Assembly: GCF_006345805.1 (NCBI RefSeq)
Contig: NW_021834162.1
Location: 1 to 51,448 of the forward strand
Length of the DNA: 51,448 nt
Reading direction: 5' to 3'
Source: Octopus sinensis
Lineage: Eukaryota
Shown here piece after piece: positions 36,850 through 50,787 of the stretch. Below the pieces are notes generated by a model, which worked only from the letters and a program-made list of their open reading frames with translations, ran no database searches and was not told where the DNA came from. Numbering within the stretch: the first letter of the stretch is position 1; every line of letters starts with the position of its first letter. Made by a program: the position numbers and the translations under genes.

Positions 36850-37172
36850 AAGTAGAGTCCCGTAGCGAACAGTTAAAACGAGGGAGACAACCATAATATT
36901 TGGCGGGATTAGAAGTTTGTATTTGAAATTCAGAAGTAAGGAAAATGCACAGAATATATAAATTTAAATTTTTTGCTAACTTACTACAAAGTTCAAACAC
37001 GATTGATTTGCTCAAGAAATCATAAAATCTCAGTTTAACTGAATATTTTTAAAAACACGCATGCTTTCAAAATAGTCTACATTAATCACAGGAAAGTATA
37101 ATTTTTACGTTTGCGTTAAGCAATGTACGGTATTATCCATACAATTTCAAAATAAGGTGATTAAAATAAAAA

Positions 37173-37310
37173 AAGCAACAAGGATATCCAGAGGTAATGC
37201 AGTACGATCGTTTCATTTTAAGTTGATGTAATGAAATGATTGCATTGTTCAATTAAACGGTGTTGCATGAAACGATCGTACTGCATTACCTCTGGATATC
37301 CTTGTTGCTT
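37173..37310. repeat. Perfect 44-bp inverted repeat with 50-nt spacer
   Basis: aagcaacaaggatatccagaggtaatgcagtacgatcgtttcat and its exact reverse complement at 37267-37310. Confidence 0.95.
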
Positions 37311-37316
37311 ATTTTG

Positions 37317-37393
<77 letters not shown>

Positions 37394-37858
37394 GTGATAT
37401 TTTCAGTTAAATGTACTCACTGATTTTGGGCTCCTCCTGCAAAAGATAAATAAACAATTTGTTAATAATATGATAACAAAAGAAAAGTAATAGTGAAACA
37501 TCTAAAGACAGAATATTTAACAAATATACTTGTATTTCAATGGTTTGAACAAGAAAAAACAAAATCTTATACCTTGAGCTATGCAAGTAAATAAAAAGTG
37601 TAATGACTATATAAATATAAAATTACTGTATGTAAATATGCATAATATGTGTTTAACACATACACACATGTATGTATACACACATATATGTATCTAACAA
37701 TCGTTTAATTAGTTGGATATTTAACTAATTGACTAACAAAGGAGTGAAATTGAACCAGTGCGTGTTTTACTAATATTGGCATAATGACTCTCCCTAGACA
37801 CAACAAAATTTATTTCAACACTCGAATTCACATAAAGAATCTTGTAAACCAAATACAA

Positions 37859-37912
<54 letters not shown>

Positions 37913-37913
37913 A

Positions 37914-38158
37914 ATTAGAGATAAAACCACTATTATGCAATTCAAACAACGAAAGACATAAACCAAAACATAAATAACAAATAAAAAATATTAAAAAAAA
38001 TATAAATAGATCACAAAAAGGATAAAAATGAGTAATCAATATATAATAAGTAAAAAAAACTACGTACGTTTCATCGCTTTAATTAAATTCGAATTACAAT
38101 TAAATTAAAATTATGTCTATCATTGTTTCAATTGCATAATAGCGGTTTTATCTCTAAT
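37914..38158. mobile_element. Same foldback family, copy 3
   Basis: attagagataaaaccactattatgcaattcaaacaa / ttgtttcaattgcataatagcggttttatctctaat. Confidence 0.72.
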
Positions 38159-38198
38159 TTAATTTTTCCCTGTAAGTTTGGAGTTATACTCCCTAATA

Positions 38199-38234
<36 letters not shown>

Positions 38235-39128
38235 ATTGATATATGGATGTACACAGAATACTCGTTTGACAGTTTAATATGTATTGTATGTATAAATGAC
38301 CCACTACAAAACTTAGCATATAGTTACTTAAGGTATGTATAAAAAGACAACAGAAACCTTGTTTAAAATGTAAATTAGAAAGAATAAACATCGAAAGCTG
38401 CTAAACAAGATAACAGAAATATTTGTAACAGGGTTTATGCTTATTTATATAAAGTATGTAATCATATTTTGAGAGCCTTTCTAGTTTGCGAATCTATGTT
38501 CTTTGCTATGATCATTAAGCAGAAAAACGATGAGTAAAATAACCAAATTTTCTTTAGAAAGTTATAATGATTTATTTTCATCAGTTTCATTATTTAGTTT
38601 AATCATTATGGAAAATATGAAATTAAGAAGGAAAATATTATCAAAACATTTGTATATAATGTTATATATTGCTCTCTACAATACTTTGTTTCAAGCATAA
38701 AGTACATGCATGCATGTATACATACACACATACATACATATAAACATAACATATATACTTATTTATATAGTAGGATCAAGAATGGAAGTGATTGTATTAC
38801 ATCTATTCATTCATTTCGATCGTTTCAACAATAAGTAATTCATGCATGCATGTAAAAATATGTATGTATATATACACACATATTTTTACAAACAGACATA
38901 CATACACGTATATCTATGTATTTTTATGTAGAGATGTCTCTCTTCTTTGGTTGCAAAATCGTTTGTAAAGAGCAATAAATTCAGTTTTTACAACAGTCAT
39001 TTCCTCCAAACTTCCTGAAGAAGAATATTTTGTACGGACCCCCAAAAACGATACCCCCTAAGCGCTTTAGATATATTTGTATTCTGTGATTTTTTTTACA
39101 GATATGTAATTGAGTTATATAATTATGA

Positions 39129-39360
39129 CTAACTATTTTGACCCGTGCTTCGCTCGGGTTTTGGTGGTGATGGCAACCAAACGGTAGCCCCGAGCGACTA
39201 GCAACCCTCCTCACACCATTGCCCATCCCATTTACCCCCCCCCGTGTAAATTTTGGTGCCAATCCGACCCTATCTATCGCCCCTTAAACCGTTCCCATCC
39301 CAAAATGAGACAAACAACCAAGAAATCAAACAACTTTTACGCATTTCAGCTTTATAGATA
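39129..39360 (-). mobile_element. Non-autonomous Helitron-like element
   Basis: Minus strand starts tctataaagctgaa (shared with the 8225 element) and ends cccgagcgaagcacggg hairpin + ttagt. Confidence 0.6.
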
Positions 39361-41052
39361 TTGATAGAGAGTCACATAGTTAACTCAAATATTCTAACGT
39401 AGCCCCATTCTTTTTATTGACGTCTCTTGTGATAAATAAAACCCCAAAGTTATACTTCGGAAGTAATTCTTGAAGTCATATGAACCAACGAACGGCCAAG
39501 TAATTTGCCGTTGCAAGGACAGAGAATGAAATTTATTTCAGCATGTCATCTCTTCTACGACAAGATATCTTACGATGACTAACTTACATTGAGTGAAACT
39601 TAATAACCAGTTGGTCTAATAAGCTGGGCCTCATTTCAGTGAGGGGTCCGGTGCGCAATAACACCGTCGAGAGGAAGGTCTCGAAACGGCGCACATTCTC
39701 TCCTGGTGACTCCAAAAACTTCCTAGTATCCAGTATGCAGATCTTTCAACTGGTAGCACTTGCACTAGCAAGTTGTTTTTTTAAATGAAATAATGATTTT
39801 CTTTGTATGTGTTAGCATTGATGATATTCTTACTAACGAATGAAATAATTCACCGGACATTCGAAAATATTGTCAAATTAAATGTCATAACATGAAAAAT
39901 AACCGCGGCACTATCTGTATTGCCAATGGAAACCAGAAGGAAAAAAAGAACTGAGTCAATCTATATTGATTTTGATATCTCTATCATATGTTCTAGTGAC
40001 AACATATGAACACTAATAAAATTAGTAGACCACACACCTACTCATAATGAATACATGACATTCGAAAGCAGAACAAATAATTGAGCCAATTTATATCGAT
40101 TTTGATATCTGTATCGCATATTATAATAACAATTTGGATACAACATGAAGAAAATTAGTAGACCAAACACATATTCATATTGAATAAATGATATTCTGTT
40201 TGTTGTGTATCTGCCAGTGCAACTTGTGACATTGGGTCGTATTGGGTAGGTCAACAACTAACATCGTTAATTATTTAGAACCGAAACTTGAAAAATAAAA
40301 GAAAAAATAGATATCCATCTATAGTTGTATTCGTCAATTGGAACATGGTAATCATATGTGATACAGATACTTGATTTTTTCGGATTTGAACTCTGCTGGT
40401 TGCATCTCGTTTAGAAAGACATGCTTTCGTCAAAAGAGGAGTCGAGGTTAGTAACTATAGAGTAGGTAAATAAAAGAACTATGAATCTACTTAACCAGTG
40501 TTTACGACAGTAACGGTTGCATTATAACACATCTGAATGATGTTGTGTATAATGCCATCAACCAGCAAAATTGTCTATTAGCTTCTAACTTTTTTCAGAA
40601 GTGATATGGCATGCTATCTGTAAACAGATTTGCCACAATAAAATAAGTACAAGAACTAAATACACGAAATAAGCAAACATCTATAAAGATATAAGCGGAA
40701 CATTATATAATAATAAGAAGAAGAATAGTTTCAAATTTTGGCTCACGACCAACAATTTCTGGCGCAGGGATAATTCGATTAAGACCCCAGTGATCAATTG
40801 GTACTTATTTTATCGACCTAGAAAAGACGAACGGCAAAGTTGGCCACGGCAGAATTTGAACACAGAATGTAAAGGCTGACGAAATGCCGCTAAACATTTT
40901 GCCCGACGTGCTTATGATTCTGCCATCGAAGCTTTGGGAATAGTAACAAATGGCACTTTATGGTCAAACGACAGGAAACCCAAAGGCATCAGAATTTAAA
41001 ATGTTCATATGGGTACTGTTCACACTTGAAGAAAGACACTATCAGCCTGATA

Positions 41053-41428
41053 ATAATGGCCCAGTGGTTAGGGCAGCGGACTCGCGGTCGTAGGATCGTG
41101 GTTTCGATTCCCAAACCGGGCGTTGTAAGTGTTTATTGAGCGAAAACACCTAAAAGCTCCACGAGGCTCCGGCAGGGGATGGTGGTGATCCCTGCTGTAC
41201 TCTTTCACAACAACTTTCTCTCACTCTTACTTCCTGTTTCTGTTGTACCTGTATTTCAAAGGGCCGGCCTAATCACTCTCTGTGTCACGCTGAATATCCC
41301 CGAGAACTACGTTAAGGGTACACGTGTCTGTGGAGTGCTCAGCCACTTACACGTTAATTTCACAAGCAGGCTGTTCCGTTGATCGGATCAACCGGAATCC
41401 TCGTCATCGTAACCGACGGAGTGCTTCC
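41053..41428 (+). mobile_element. SINE family B copy
   Basis: atggcccagtggttagggcagcggactcgcggtcg...gtaaccgacggagtgc. Confidence 0.88.
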
Positions 41429-41549
41429 AATATATGAATTCTTGAAACTCTTTCAAAATCTTAAATATTACCACACATTGTTAACGAAATCTTAATTCTC
41501 GTTATTTGGTCTCAGTCTACTGCTTGAAACAAGTAAAAGATAAAAAAAG

Positions 41550-41587
<38 letters not shown>

Positions 41588-41598
41588 TGTGTGTGTGT

Positions 41599-41735
41599 AT
41601 TGGGTGTCCATAAATCACCCTTATAATTTGAAAACATCAGGAAAAAAAATGGAAAGTAGAAATAACTCAACAGAGTTCATTGGAAAGCGTAGCCAAAGTT
41701 TTATTATACGCATCTGGAGAGTGTAGCAGTAATTT
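41599..41735 (+). mobile_element. Partial copy of the 44787 MITE
   Basis: gggtgtccataaatcacccttataattt...aataactcaacagagttcattggaaag similarity. Confidence 0.55.
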
Positions 41736-41900
41736 TCTTGTATACGCACGCACACACACCCACACATACATCTTTTTAGGAACGGTAAATCTTCAAGCGG
41801 TTTACGTTATTGTTTATAGCTTTATTTGCTTCAAGAAGCACTGTTCCTAAAGAGAATTATGTCATGTTTTCGAAATTCCTAAATTCTTAACATGTCAATT

Positions 41901-42040
<140 letters not shown>

Positions 42041-42408
42041 ATAGATGTATCCACTCTATAATTCTTAAATTACTATATATATATGTGCCTGCGTACGTCC
42101 ATGCGTGTTCTTTCTGGCTTTGCTTCATGGGTTTCTTATCTTTCCATTACTTTAACCGTTTCAGCTTTAGAATACTTCTAAATATCGTTTTCAAATTTTG
42201 GCTCAAAGCCAGCAAAATCGGAGGAGGGCATAAGTCGATCGCATCGACAGACCCCCAGTACTCAACTGGTGCTTATTTTATCGGCCCCTAAAGGATGAAA
42301 GGCAAAGTAGACCCCGGTGGCATTTGAACACAGAACGTAAGGACGGGCGAAATAACGCTAGGCATAGTGCTCGGCGTACTAACGATTCTGTCAGCTCGCC
42401 GCCCTAGG

Positions 42409-42409
<1 letters not shown>

Positions 42410-42458
<49 letters not shown>
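42410..42458. repeat. (TAA)n microsatellite (SINE F tail)
   Basis: Direct reading. Confidence 0.9.
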
Positions 42459-42459
<1 letters not shown>

Positions 42460-43506
42460 CACACGTATTGAGAAGAGCATTGTCGATATGAGAACTGTTG
42501 CTGCTCATGTATTTTAATTTAACTTTAAAAAAAAAAAATGAACGAACTACTGAGTTTGGTTTAATGGCCTACCAATGTATGCTATGAGTTTCTTTGCCCT
42601 AAGAGTCGGGAAGACACTCGGCAAGAAATGGAAGCAAATTTGAAAGAAGAAAAAAAAAAGTAATAATAATAATAATGATCCTTTCTACTAAAGGCACAAG
42701 GCCTGAAATTTTGGTGGAGGGAGAGGACTAGTCCATTAGATCGACCCCAGTATTTAACTGGTACTTGTTTTATCGACACCGAAAGGATGAGAGTCAAAGT
42801 CGACCTCGGCGGAATTTGAACTCAGAACGTAAAGACGGACGAAATGCCGCTAAGCATTTCGCTCGGCGTGCTAACAGTTTTGCTAGCTTACCGCCTAAAT
42901 ATATTTCTAACTATTCTTTTCTGCTCTAACCACAAAGCCCGAAATTTCTGGAGAGGGGGCTAGTCGATTAGATCAACCCCAGTGCGCAACTGGTACTTAG
43001 TTTATCGACCCAGAAAGGATGAAAGGAAAAGTCGGCCTCGGCGGAATTTGAACTCAGAACGTAAAGACGGACGAAATGCCGCTAAACATTTCGCTCGGCG
43101 TGCTAACGATTCTGCCAGCTCGCCGCCTTAACACATTTCTAAATATTGCCACTTATTCATAACAAAGCATAACTTTCATGTGTGCAGCGGTTTGTATATT
43201 TATTTATATACGTACTGACACTGTTTAACGTAGTTTCACGTTATATTCAGCTACCCATCGATCACAATGGAACCAGTATTTATAATTAGCTAGGCTCAGG
43301 CTAAACCTGACAGTCTTTATCTATATATATGTAGCCAGTCGCCTGAAGAAATTATGAAGAATTTCCTGGTTTTCGTCTTCCGTTAATAATTTTGAAGCTC
43401 TGTGCCAACACAGATAGGTGGTATTATTTATAACTAATATTTTGTTTCAGCATTGAACTCACTCCTGGAGAGTGTTTGTAATCAAAGAATACATAGTCAT
43501 ACACAC

Positions 43507-43556
<50 letters not shown>

Positions 43557-43836
43557 AAATATATGTGTGCGTATGTAAATATATATTTCTTTACTACCCA
43601 CAAGGGGCTAAACATAGAGGGGACAAACAAGGACAGACAAAGGGATTTAGTCGATTAAATCGACCCCAGTGCGTAACTGCTACTTAATTTAATCGACCCC
43701 GAAAGGATGAAAGGCAAAGTCGACCTCGGTGGAATTTGAACTCAGAACGTAACGACAGACGAAATACGGCTACGCATTTGGCCCGGCACGCTAACGTTTC
43801 TGCCAGCTCGCCGCCTTAAATATATACGTATATACA

Positions 43837-44226
43837 CAGGGGCAGGCTTAGCTGTGTAGTAAGAAGCTTGCTTCTCAACCACATGGTTCTGGGTTCATTC
43901 TCACTGCATGGCACCTTAGCCAAGTGTCTTCTACTATAGCCTCGGGCCAGCCAAAGCCTTGTGAGTGGATTTGGTAGATGGAAACTGAAAGAAACTTGTG
44001 TGTATGTGTGTGAGTTTGCCCCTCACCACCGCTTGACAACTGGAGTTGGTGTGTTTACATCCCCGTAACTTAGCGGTTCGGCAAAGATCCCGCTAGTATT
44101 AGGCTTAGTAAAAAAGAAATAAAATAAAATAAGTACTGGAGTGGATTAATCCGATTAAAACAAATTGGTCAAGGCTATGCTCCAGCATGGCTGTAGTCTA
44201 ATGACTGAAACAAGTAAAAGATAAAG
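43837..44226 (+). mobile_element. SINE family A copy
   Basis: Full-length match; inverted partner of 44316-44686. Confidence 0.85.
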
Positions 44227-44315
44227 ATTATGTATGTGCGTGTGTGTGTGTAAATGTATGTATGTGTATATATATATATGTATATGTGTGTGTGTGTGTA
44301 TATATATTTTTTAAA

Positions 44316-44686
44316 ACTTGTTTCAGTCATTTGACTGCGGCCATGCTGGAGCACCGATTTAATCGAGCAACTCGACCCCGGGACTTATTCTTTGTAAGTC
44401 CAGTCTCTTTTACCGAACCGCTAGGTGACATAAACACACCAGCATCGGTTGTCAAGCAATGCTAGGGGGACAAACACAAACATACATGCACACACATATA
44501 TACATATATATACATATATACGACGGGCTTCTTTCAGTTTCCGTCTACCAAATCCACTCACAAGGCTTTGGTCGGCCCGAGGCTATAGTAGAAGACACTT
44601 GCCCAAGGTGCCACGCAGTGGGATTGAACCCGGAACCATGTGGTTGGTAAACAAGCTACTCACCACACAGCCACTCCTGCGCCTAT
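44316..44686 (-). mobile_element. SINE family A copy
   Basis: Reverse-complement match. Confidence 0.88.
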
Positions 44687-44786
44687 ATATGTAAAGGTAA
44701 TGTACGGACACCCTGTCTGTCTATATATATATATATATATATAATATATATATATATATAAAGAGAGAGAGAGAGAGAGAGTGAGA

Positions 44787-44990
44787 CAGGGTGTCCGTAA
44801 ATTACCTTTATAATTCGGAAAAATAAAATCAGAACAAAAAAGGTAAACAAGAATAACTCGACAGAATTCATTGGAAAAGATAGGCAAAGCTTTATTGGTA
44901 ACAACAACATACTTCCATACGGGTTCCATTGGTTACACTCAATAAATTACAATAAATTGTGGAAGTTGTAAAGAGAATTTATAGACACCC

Positions 44991-44992
<2 letters not shown>
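44787..44992. mobile_element. Tc1/mariner-type MITE
   Basis: TIRs cagggtgtccgtaaatt / aatttatagacacccta; related partial copy at ~41599-41735. Confidence 0.65.
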
Positions 44993-45037
<45 letters not shown>

Positions 45038-45103
45038 CATCCTTTCTAGTTACTACGTATCTGCTGGTGTCTGTACGCCAGTGAGTATGAGAGAGAGAGA
45101 GAT

Positions 45104-45163
<60 letters not shown>

Positions 45164-45488
45164 TTAGACATCATGTCTTTATTCAGGTACTTATACACAT
45201 TTTTAGAATTCAAGGTATTTCCTTTTTACCCTTGTTCTATTTCTACATCAAATCATTTCGCCATTTCTCTACATAGCACTGACATACATTTCTATTTTAA
45301 ACGATTTTTTTCTCCTCTTTTTTTTTTTTTTCTTCTGTGTGTGGTAAATATTTGGTTGGCTTGAAATAGCAAAGTGATTCTAAGTACTTGCTTGGTAGTA
45401 TACTAATAACTACAGATCATCCACTAAGGGAAAGAGAAAAGAAAAGCAGGTAGTTGCTTTATGCATCATTTACATAAACATTATTATT

Positions 45489-45668
45489 ATAGGCGCAGGA
45501 GTGGCTGTGTCGTAAGTAGCTTGCTTACCAACCACATGGTTCCGGGTTTAGTCCCACTGCGTGGCACCTTGGGCAAGTGTCTTCTACTATAGCCTCGGGC
45601 TGACCAAAGCCTTGTGAGTGGATTTGGTAGCCGGAAACTGAAAGAAGCCTGTTGTATATATGTATACG

Positions 45669-45699
<31 letters not shown>

Positions 45700-45888
45700 G
45701 TGTCTGTGTTTGTCCCCCCAATACACTGGTGTGTTTACGTCCCCGTAACTTAGCGGTTCGGCAAAAGAGACCGATAGAATAAGTACTAGGCTCACAAAGA
45801 ATAAGTCCTGGGGCTGATTTGCTCGACTAAAGGCGGTGCTCCAGCAGGACCGCAGTCAAATGACTGAAACAAGTAAAAGAGTAAAAGT
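45489..45888 (+). mobile_element. SINE family A copy
   Basis: Full-length, low divergence from the other copies. Confidence 0.9.
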
Positions 45889-45908
45889 GTATTATTATTA
45901 TTATTATT

Positions 45909-46198
45909 ATTACCCCCGCCTTAGCGAAGGCGGGGGGAAATTGTTTTCAGTCGTGTTTGTTTGCTTGTTTGTCTGTGGACAAGATATCTCAAGAACCGCT
46001 GGATGGATTCGGATGAAACTTTAAGGGATGTTTGGCCTCGTGACTGGCACGAACTGATTAGATTTTGGGGCCGATCCATTACCGGACAAGGATTCTGGAT
46101 TATTTTTCGAAGCGGTCGAGTTCATTTTTAGTATTCTCGTTTGTGAGAGCAGTCAAGTTTATTTCAGATATTCTCATTTTAAAAATCATCTCTGGCTA
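45909..46198 (+). mobile_element. Helentron-associated (HINE/DINE-1-like) element, truncated by a SINE
   Basis: ttacccccgccttagcgaaggcgggggg palindrome, (GTTT)n, then aaccgctggatggattcggatgaaacttt block. Confidence 0.6.
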
Positions 46199-46845
46199 AA
46201 CGTAAAGACAGACGAAATACCTATTTCTTTATTACCCACAAGGGGCTAAACACAGAGGCGACAAACAAGGACAGACAAACGGATTAAGTCGATTACATCG
46301 ACTCCAGTGCGTAACTGGTACTTAATTTATCGACCTCCGAAAGGATGAAAGGCAAAGTCGACCTCGGCGGAATTTGAACTCAGAACGTAAAGACAGACGA
46401 AATACCGCTAAGCATTTCGCCCGGCGTGCTAACGGTTCTGCCAGCTCGCCACCTTCCACCCCTTTTGTTATTACCTTCTCATATGCAGTATATGTCACGT
46501 CAACCTAAGTACATATTCGAAGCTGACAGAGGAGTAGGAACTAGCAATATTCTGGGTTAGATGGCCCTGTCTATTATACGACCAACATTTTGTGAACCTT
46601 GTGCCAATATATGAAATCCTTATTTCGTATCGATTTTACGATAGAATTTGGGGATTTGGATTTAAAGCTCAATAGAAAGTATTGACCCTCTCCTGCATAT
46701 ATTGTTACTCAACTAACTTCCGTTCTCAACCAATGAGGTATAAACAGCAGATAAAAGAAGTAAATAGCAGTCATTGCAACGAACGTAAACCATAAACTCA
46801 AAGAATAGGTCTTTGGTGACGCAAAAGTGCTAACAACAACAACAA

Positions 46846-46883
<38 letters not shown>

Positions 46884-48558
46884 ATTGTAATGGTAATGAT
46901 GTCTTTTATTTGCTGCCAAGATGACCATAAATCTTTTCTGCCATAAGCACAAGGCATGAAACTTTGGGGGATGGTCCTAGTCGATTACATCGATCCCAGT
47001 GCTCAACTGGTAGTAAATTTATCGACCACGAAAGGATGAAAGGCAAAGTCGACCTTGGTGGAATTTGAACTCTGAACGTCAAGGCGAACGAAATGCCGCT
47101 AAGCGTTTTTCCCGGCGTGTCAAAGGTTCTTTTCTACTCTAGGCAAAAGGCCCGAAATTTTGGGGGTAGGGAGCCAATCGATTATATCGACCCCAGTACA
47201 CAACTGGTACTTAATTTATCGACACCAAAAGGACGAAAGGCAAAGTCGACCTCGGAGGAATTTGAACTCAGAACGTCAAAGCGAACGAAATGCCGCTAAA
47301 CGTTTCGCCCGGCGTGCTAACGATCCTGTAGGTCACCGCCTTATGATGATCATATAATAATAGTAAATAACAATGGTTTCAAATTTTGGCGCAAGTCCAG
47401 CAAGTTCAGGGAAGGGGTCAGTCGATTACAACTACCCCAGTGTTCAGCGTGTATTTATTTATTTTATCGTTCCCCGAAATAATGAAAGGCAAAGTCGAAC
47501 CAGGCGGCGTTTGAACTCAGAACGCAAAGATAGATGAAATGCCGCTAAGTATTTTATACGGCGTGCTAATGTTCCTCTAGCTCGCCACCTTGTCTGTCAA
47601 AAATATCGAAATACGCTAAAACTGCAAAACAACTCAAGAAATGATAAAAAAAAATAAAGCTAATCTCTCAAGTAGAATTTTACAAGCAGATTAATGTCAG
47701 TGAGCAAAGTTTGAGTAGTCAGTTTCCGTTAGGCTCATATATATACAAATAACCAATTCTAAATCAAATTTGAAGTAGTCGGAAATATGAAAGCAATACC
47801 AAACCCAAATTTTCAGGAAAATAGTATGTATGTAGACCAGTGAGAGTCTCTAAATAGCAAGGAGTAGTAAACTCCGTGGATTTAGAGATACACAGGTTGA
47901 TATAGTTGAAGGTCAGTATTACATGGTCACCAAAGAACAAATAAATGTTTACACAACAATTGATATATGAAACCCTACTGATAGAAATGTTAATATCAAT
48001 GAAACAAAATGAATTATTATATTTGATACACAAAAATGTAAGGCACGAACAAAAATGTAACCACATTGATCTTAAATATTACATAACAGAGTTGTTGAAA
48101 ATAGGAACATCCAACACAATAGAAGATCTAGGACGTAAAATACCATAATCTCTATAGTAGATTGTTTTGCTGGTAAGTTTGCACATCTCGATAAAAATTT
48201 TGTCCATACTCAGATAGTTTAAGACTGTTTCAAACGTTTACCCTTCTTTCTCAGCTACATCTTAGATGAAGGATTTTGTTCCGAAACGTCAGATTCGTTT
48301 TCTCAGCCGCAGTATATGAACTTACCAAAACCTAAAGATTTCAGGGCATAATTTTTGACGACACAGACTATCATCAACTTCCCTATACTTTGTTCGTACT
48401 TATGTATGCATGTTTGCTAATGAATATGAATGTGTACATGTGTATGTGAGTTCTACGATTGTACGATATCATACATACATACATATATATCTATTATATA
48501 AAATCCGTTCTGTGTGTGTGTCTTCTAGGATTTCATACATATAAATGTACAGGTGTTA

Positions 48559-48607
<49 letters not shown>

Positions 48608-49384
48608 AGTACAGCTGTTTCATTTTTTATTTTACAAAAGTCATGAAATGAAGAGGATTATGTTCTTATTGCGTACATAATCTCGTATCTCTACAAAAAT
48701 ACATCCTTGTTGTAAAGTTGTAAAGCAATGTTAATTTAAATAAATGTACACCCTGTTCTGCCATACATAGCAAATATATGTGTGAATGTGTGTGTAAATT
48801 CCGGTTTTAAAACTGAGCGGCAAAATTTTCAATAACATATTTGTTCATTTAGATAATAGCACTTACAAGATTAGTCGAGTTTCATACTCCTTAGAATTCA
48901 TCTACGTACGCCATTGGGCGTTTATGGGCATGTATGTATGTATGAATGTATGTACGTGTGTATTTATGTATGAATGTGTGTAAGTGTGTATGTATGCATG
49001 TGTGTAAGTTTTATCAGGCATTTCGTGTGGAAACTGTCACCATTCCAGTAAGTCTCAACAATAACTAAAAGTGAAAAATTGCATTTGTTACGCCGATGAA
49101 GTAGACGCGTCGTGCAAAAGATAATGATAACAATAGGAGACTGTGAATGTTAAATTTAACATGAATGTTAACGATATCACGTAAATATAAAATGAGAGTA
49201 AATGGGATGATAAGAGTTAACATTGCTTTAGAGACTTGTACCTCAAAAAATACGTAAAAAAACATTATTCAGATAACATAGAAAACTAAAATACTGAATA
49301 GATAAACGGTTTCAGCGAATGTGCATGAAAACATTCTAGTCATGTTTAGCAAAGCATAATATTTATTTCTTTTTAACTTTGCAC

Positions 49385-49544
49385 ATAAGTGCAGACATAG
49401 CTGTGTGATTGAAACGCTCGCTTTGCAGCCTCGGGATTTTGGGTTCACAGAGCGACGTCTTGGGCAAAAGTCTTTTACTAAAGCCTCCGGCCTATCCAGT
49501 GTCTTGAGAGTAAATTTAGTAAATGGAAACTGAAAGAAGTTCAT
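49385..49544 (+). mobile_element. Degenerate SINE family A 5' fragment
   Basis: ataagtgcagacatagctgtgtg...cttgggcaaaagtctt...ggaaactgaaagaag. Confidence 0.55.
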
Positions 49545-49599
49545 TTAGGAAAGAAACGTGTATATATGCGTTCCTTTCCAAAACGTTCGCACCATTGTA

Positions 49600-50171
49600 T
49601 TAGGTTGTTCGGAAAGTTCGTGCCGATTTATAGTAGCTTAACTTTCGACTTATTTTAGAGCATGGCTGAGTCCATAAAATAGGATTTGACTACACCTCCA
49701 TTTAGAGCACAGTTTAAGCTATCTTTTCGTGGAAGAAGGTTTATGTTCCTATAACCTGTGTTAATTCTGTAACCCTTTAAAATGGAAGATAAGAAAGTTC
49801 CTTTTCGGCACTTGATTTTCTTTTTCCATAAAGGGGAAAAATGCCTCACAAGCAACCAAGGAAATATGCGCAGTTTACGGTGATGTTTCTTTATCCGAAA
49901 GAACTATACGGAAGTGGTTCTCAAGGTTCCGAGCTGGATATTGTAGCCTTATTGATAAAGAGCGATCGGACAGACCATCCACTACAGATGATGACCAAAT
50001 CAAGTCTTTAATTGAGAATAACCCACATTGCACAGCCCGAGAATTGGCAGAAAGCCTCAACCTATCAAAACCCGTCGTTCATAAGCACCTGGTAAAGCTT
50101 GGGTAATGGCAAGTATTTATTGACCTTTTTCTTTCCTTTAAAAATCGGCATGAACTTTCCGGACAACCCAA
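49600..50171 (+). mobile_element. Internally deleted mariner transposon with N-terminal transposase remnant (49782-50106)
   Basis: TIRs TTAGGTTGTTCGGAAAGTTCGTGCCGATTT / AAATCGGCATGAACTTTCCGGACAACCCAA, TA duplications; MEDKKVPFRHL../GKNASQATKEICAVYG..RKWFSRFRAG..ELAESLNLSK..HKHLVKLG*; no DDD domain. Confidence 0.92.
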
Positions 50172-50289
50172 TATTTCCAAAATTTCTACATGGCTAACTT
50201 TTAAGAAAGTTTTTCCTTTAACTATTCTGACTCTATCAAATATTTTTGAACAAGCCTTATATATGCATGTGTGTGTGTATGTGTTTGAG

Positions 50290-50510
50290 CATGTATGTGT
50301 GTCTTTGTGTCTATGTTTGTCCTCCACCAACGCTTGGTAAACGGCATTGGTTTCTTTACGTCCCTGTAATCTAGCTGTTCGGCGGAAGATGCCGATAGAA
50401 TAAATACCGGAATTTTTTAAAGAAAAAAAACGTGAATTAAGTACTAGTCCAATTTGTTCGGCTACAAGACCCTTTGTGGTGATTCTATGACCGAAACAAA
50501 CAAAACTAAA
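50290..50510 (+). mobile_element. Degenerate SINE family A 3' fragment
   Basis: tgtttgtcctccaccaacgcttg...ccgatagaataaatacc. Confidence 0.55.
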
Positions 50511-50787
50511 GATGAAAAAATAAGGTAAAAAATTAGCAAGAAGAGAATATAATTGATTGAATGGACTCAGCAGATACCCGGTGCTTATCTCACAGACGTC
50601 AGATACTGAAAAATACAGAGCTAAATGCTGTTATTCATTTAGTAGGGTTCTCCACAGAAGGCCACTAATGACTATATAAGATTCAATCTGAATTCTGTAT
50701 CACAGTTGTTCATTGAAAAAATTAGAACACTGTATAAATGGATGCAGTTGAGTGTCAAACTTGTTTTATATATATTACATAAATGAA

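Noticed and set aside
39630-39700. Hammerhead-like fold ccgtcga-gag..ctc-gaaac
   Set aside because: Two core mismatches and no usable stem I.
48910-48914. ATGGC|GTACGT as a start-codon mini-exon (would give [10 protein letters not shown])
   Set aside because: The phase fits, but it sits beside microsatellite-like sequence with no promoter evidence, and the same 5-mer plus GT recurs in SINEs.
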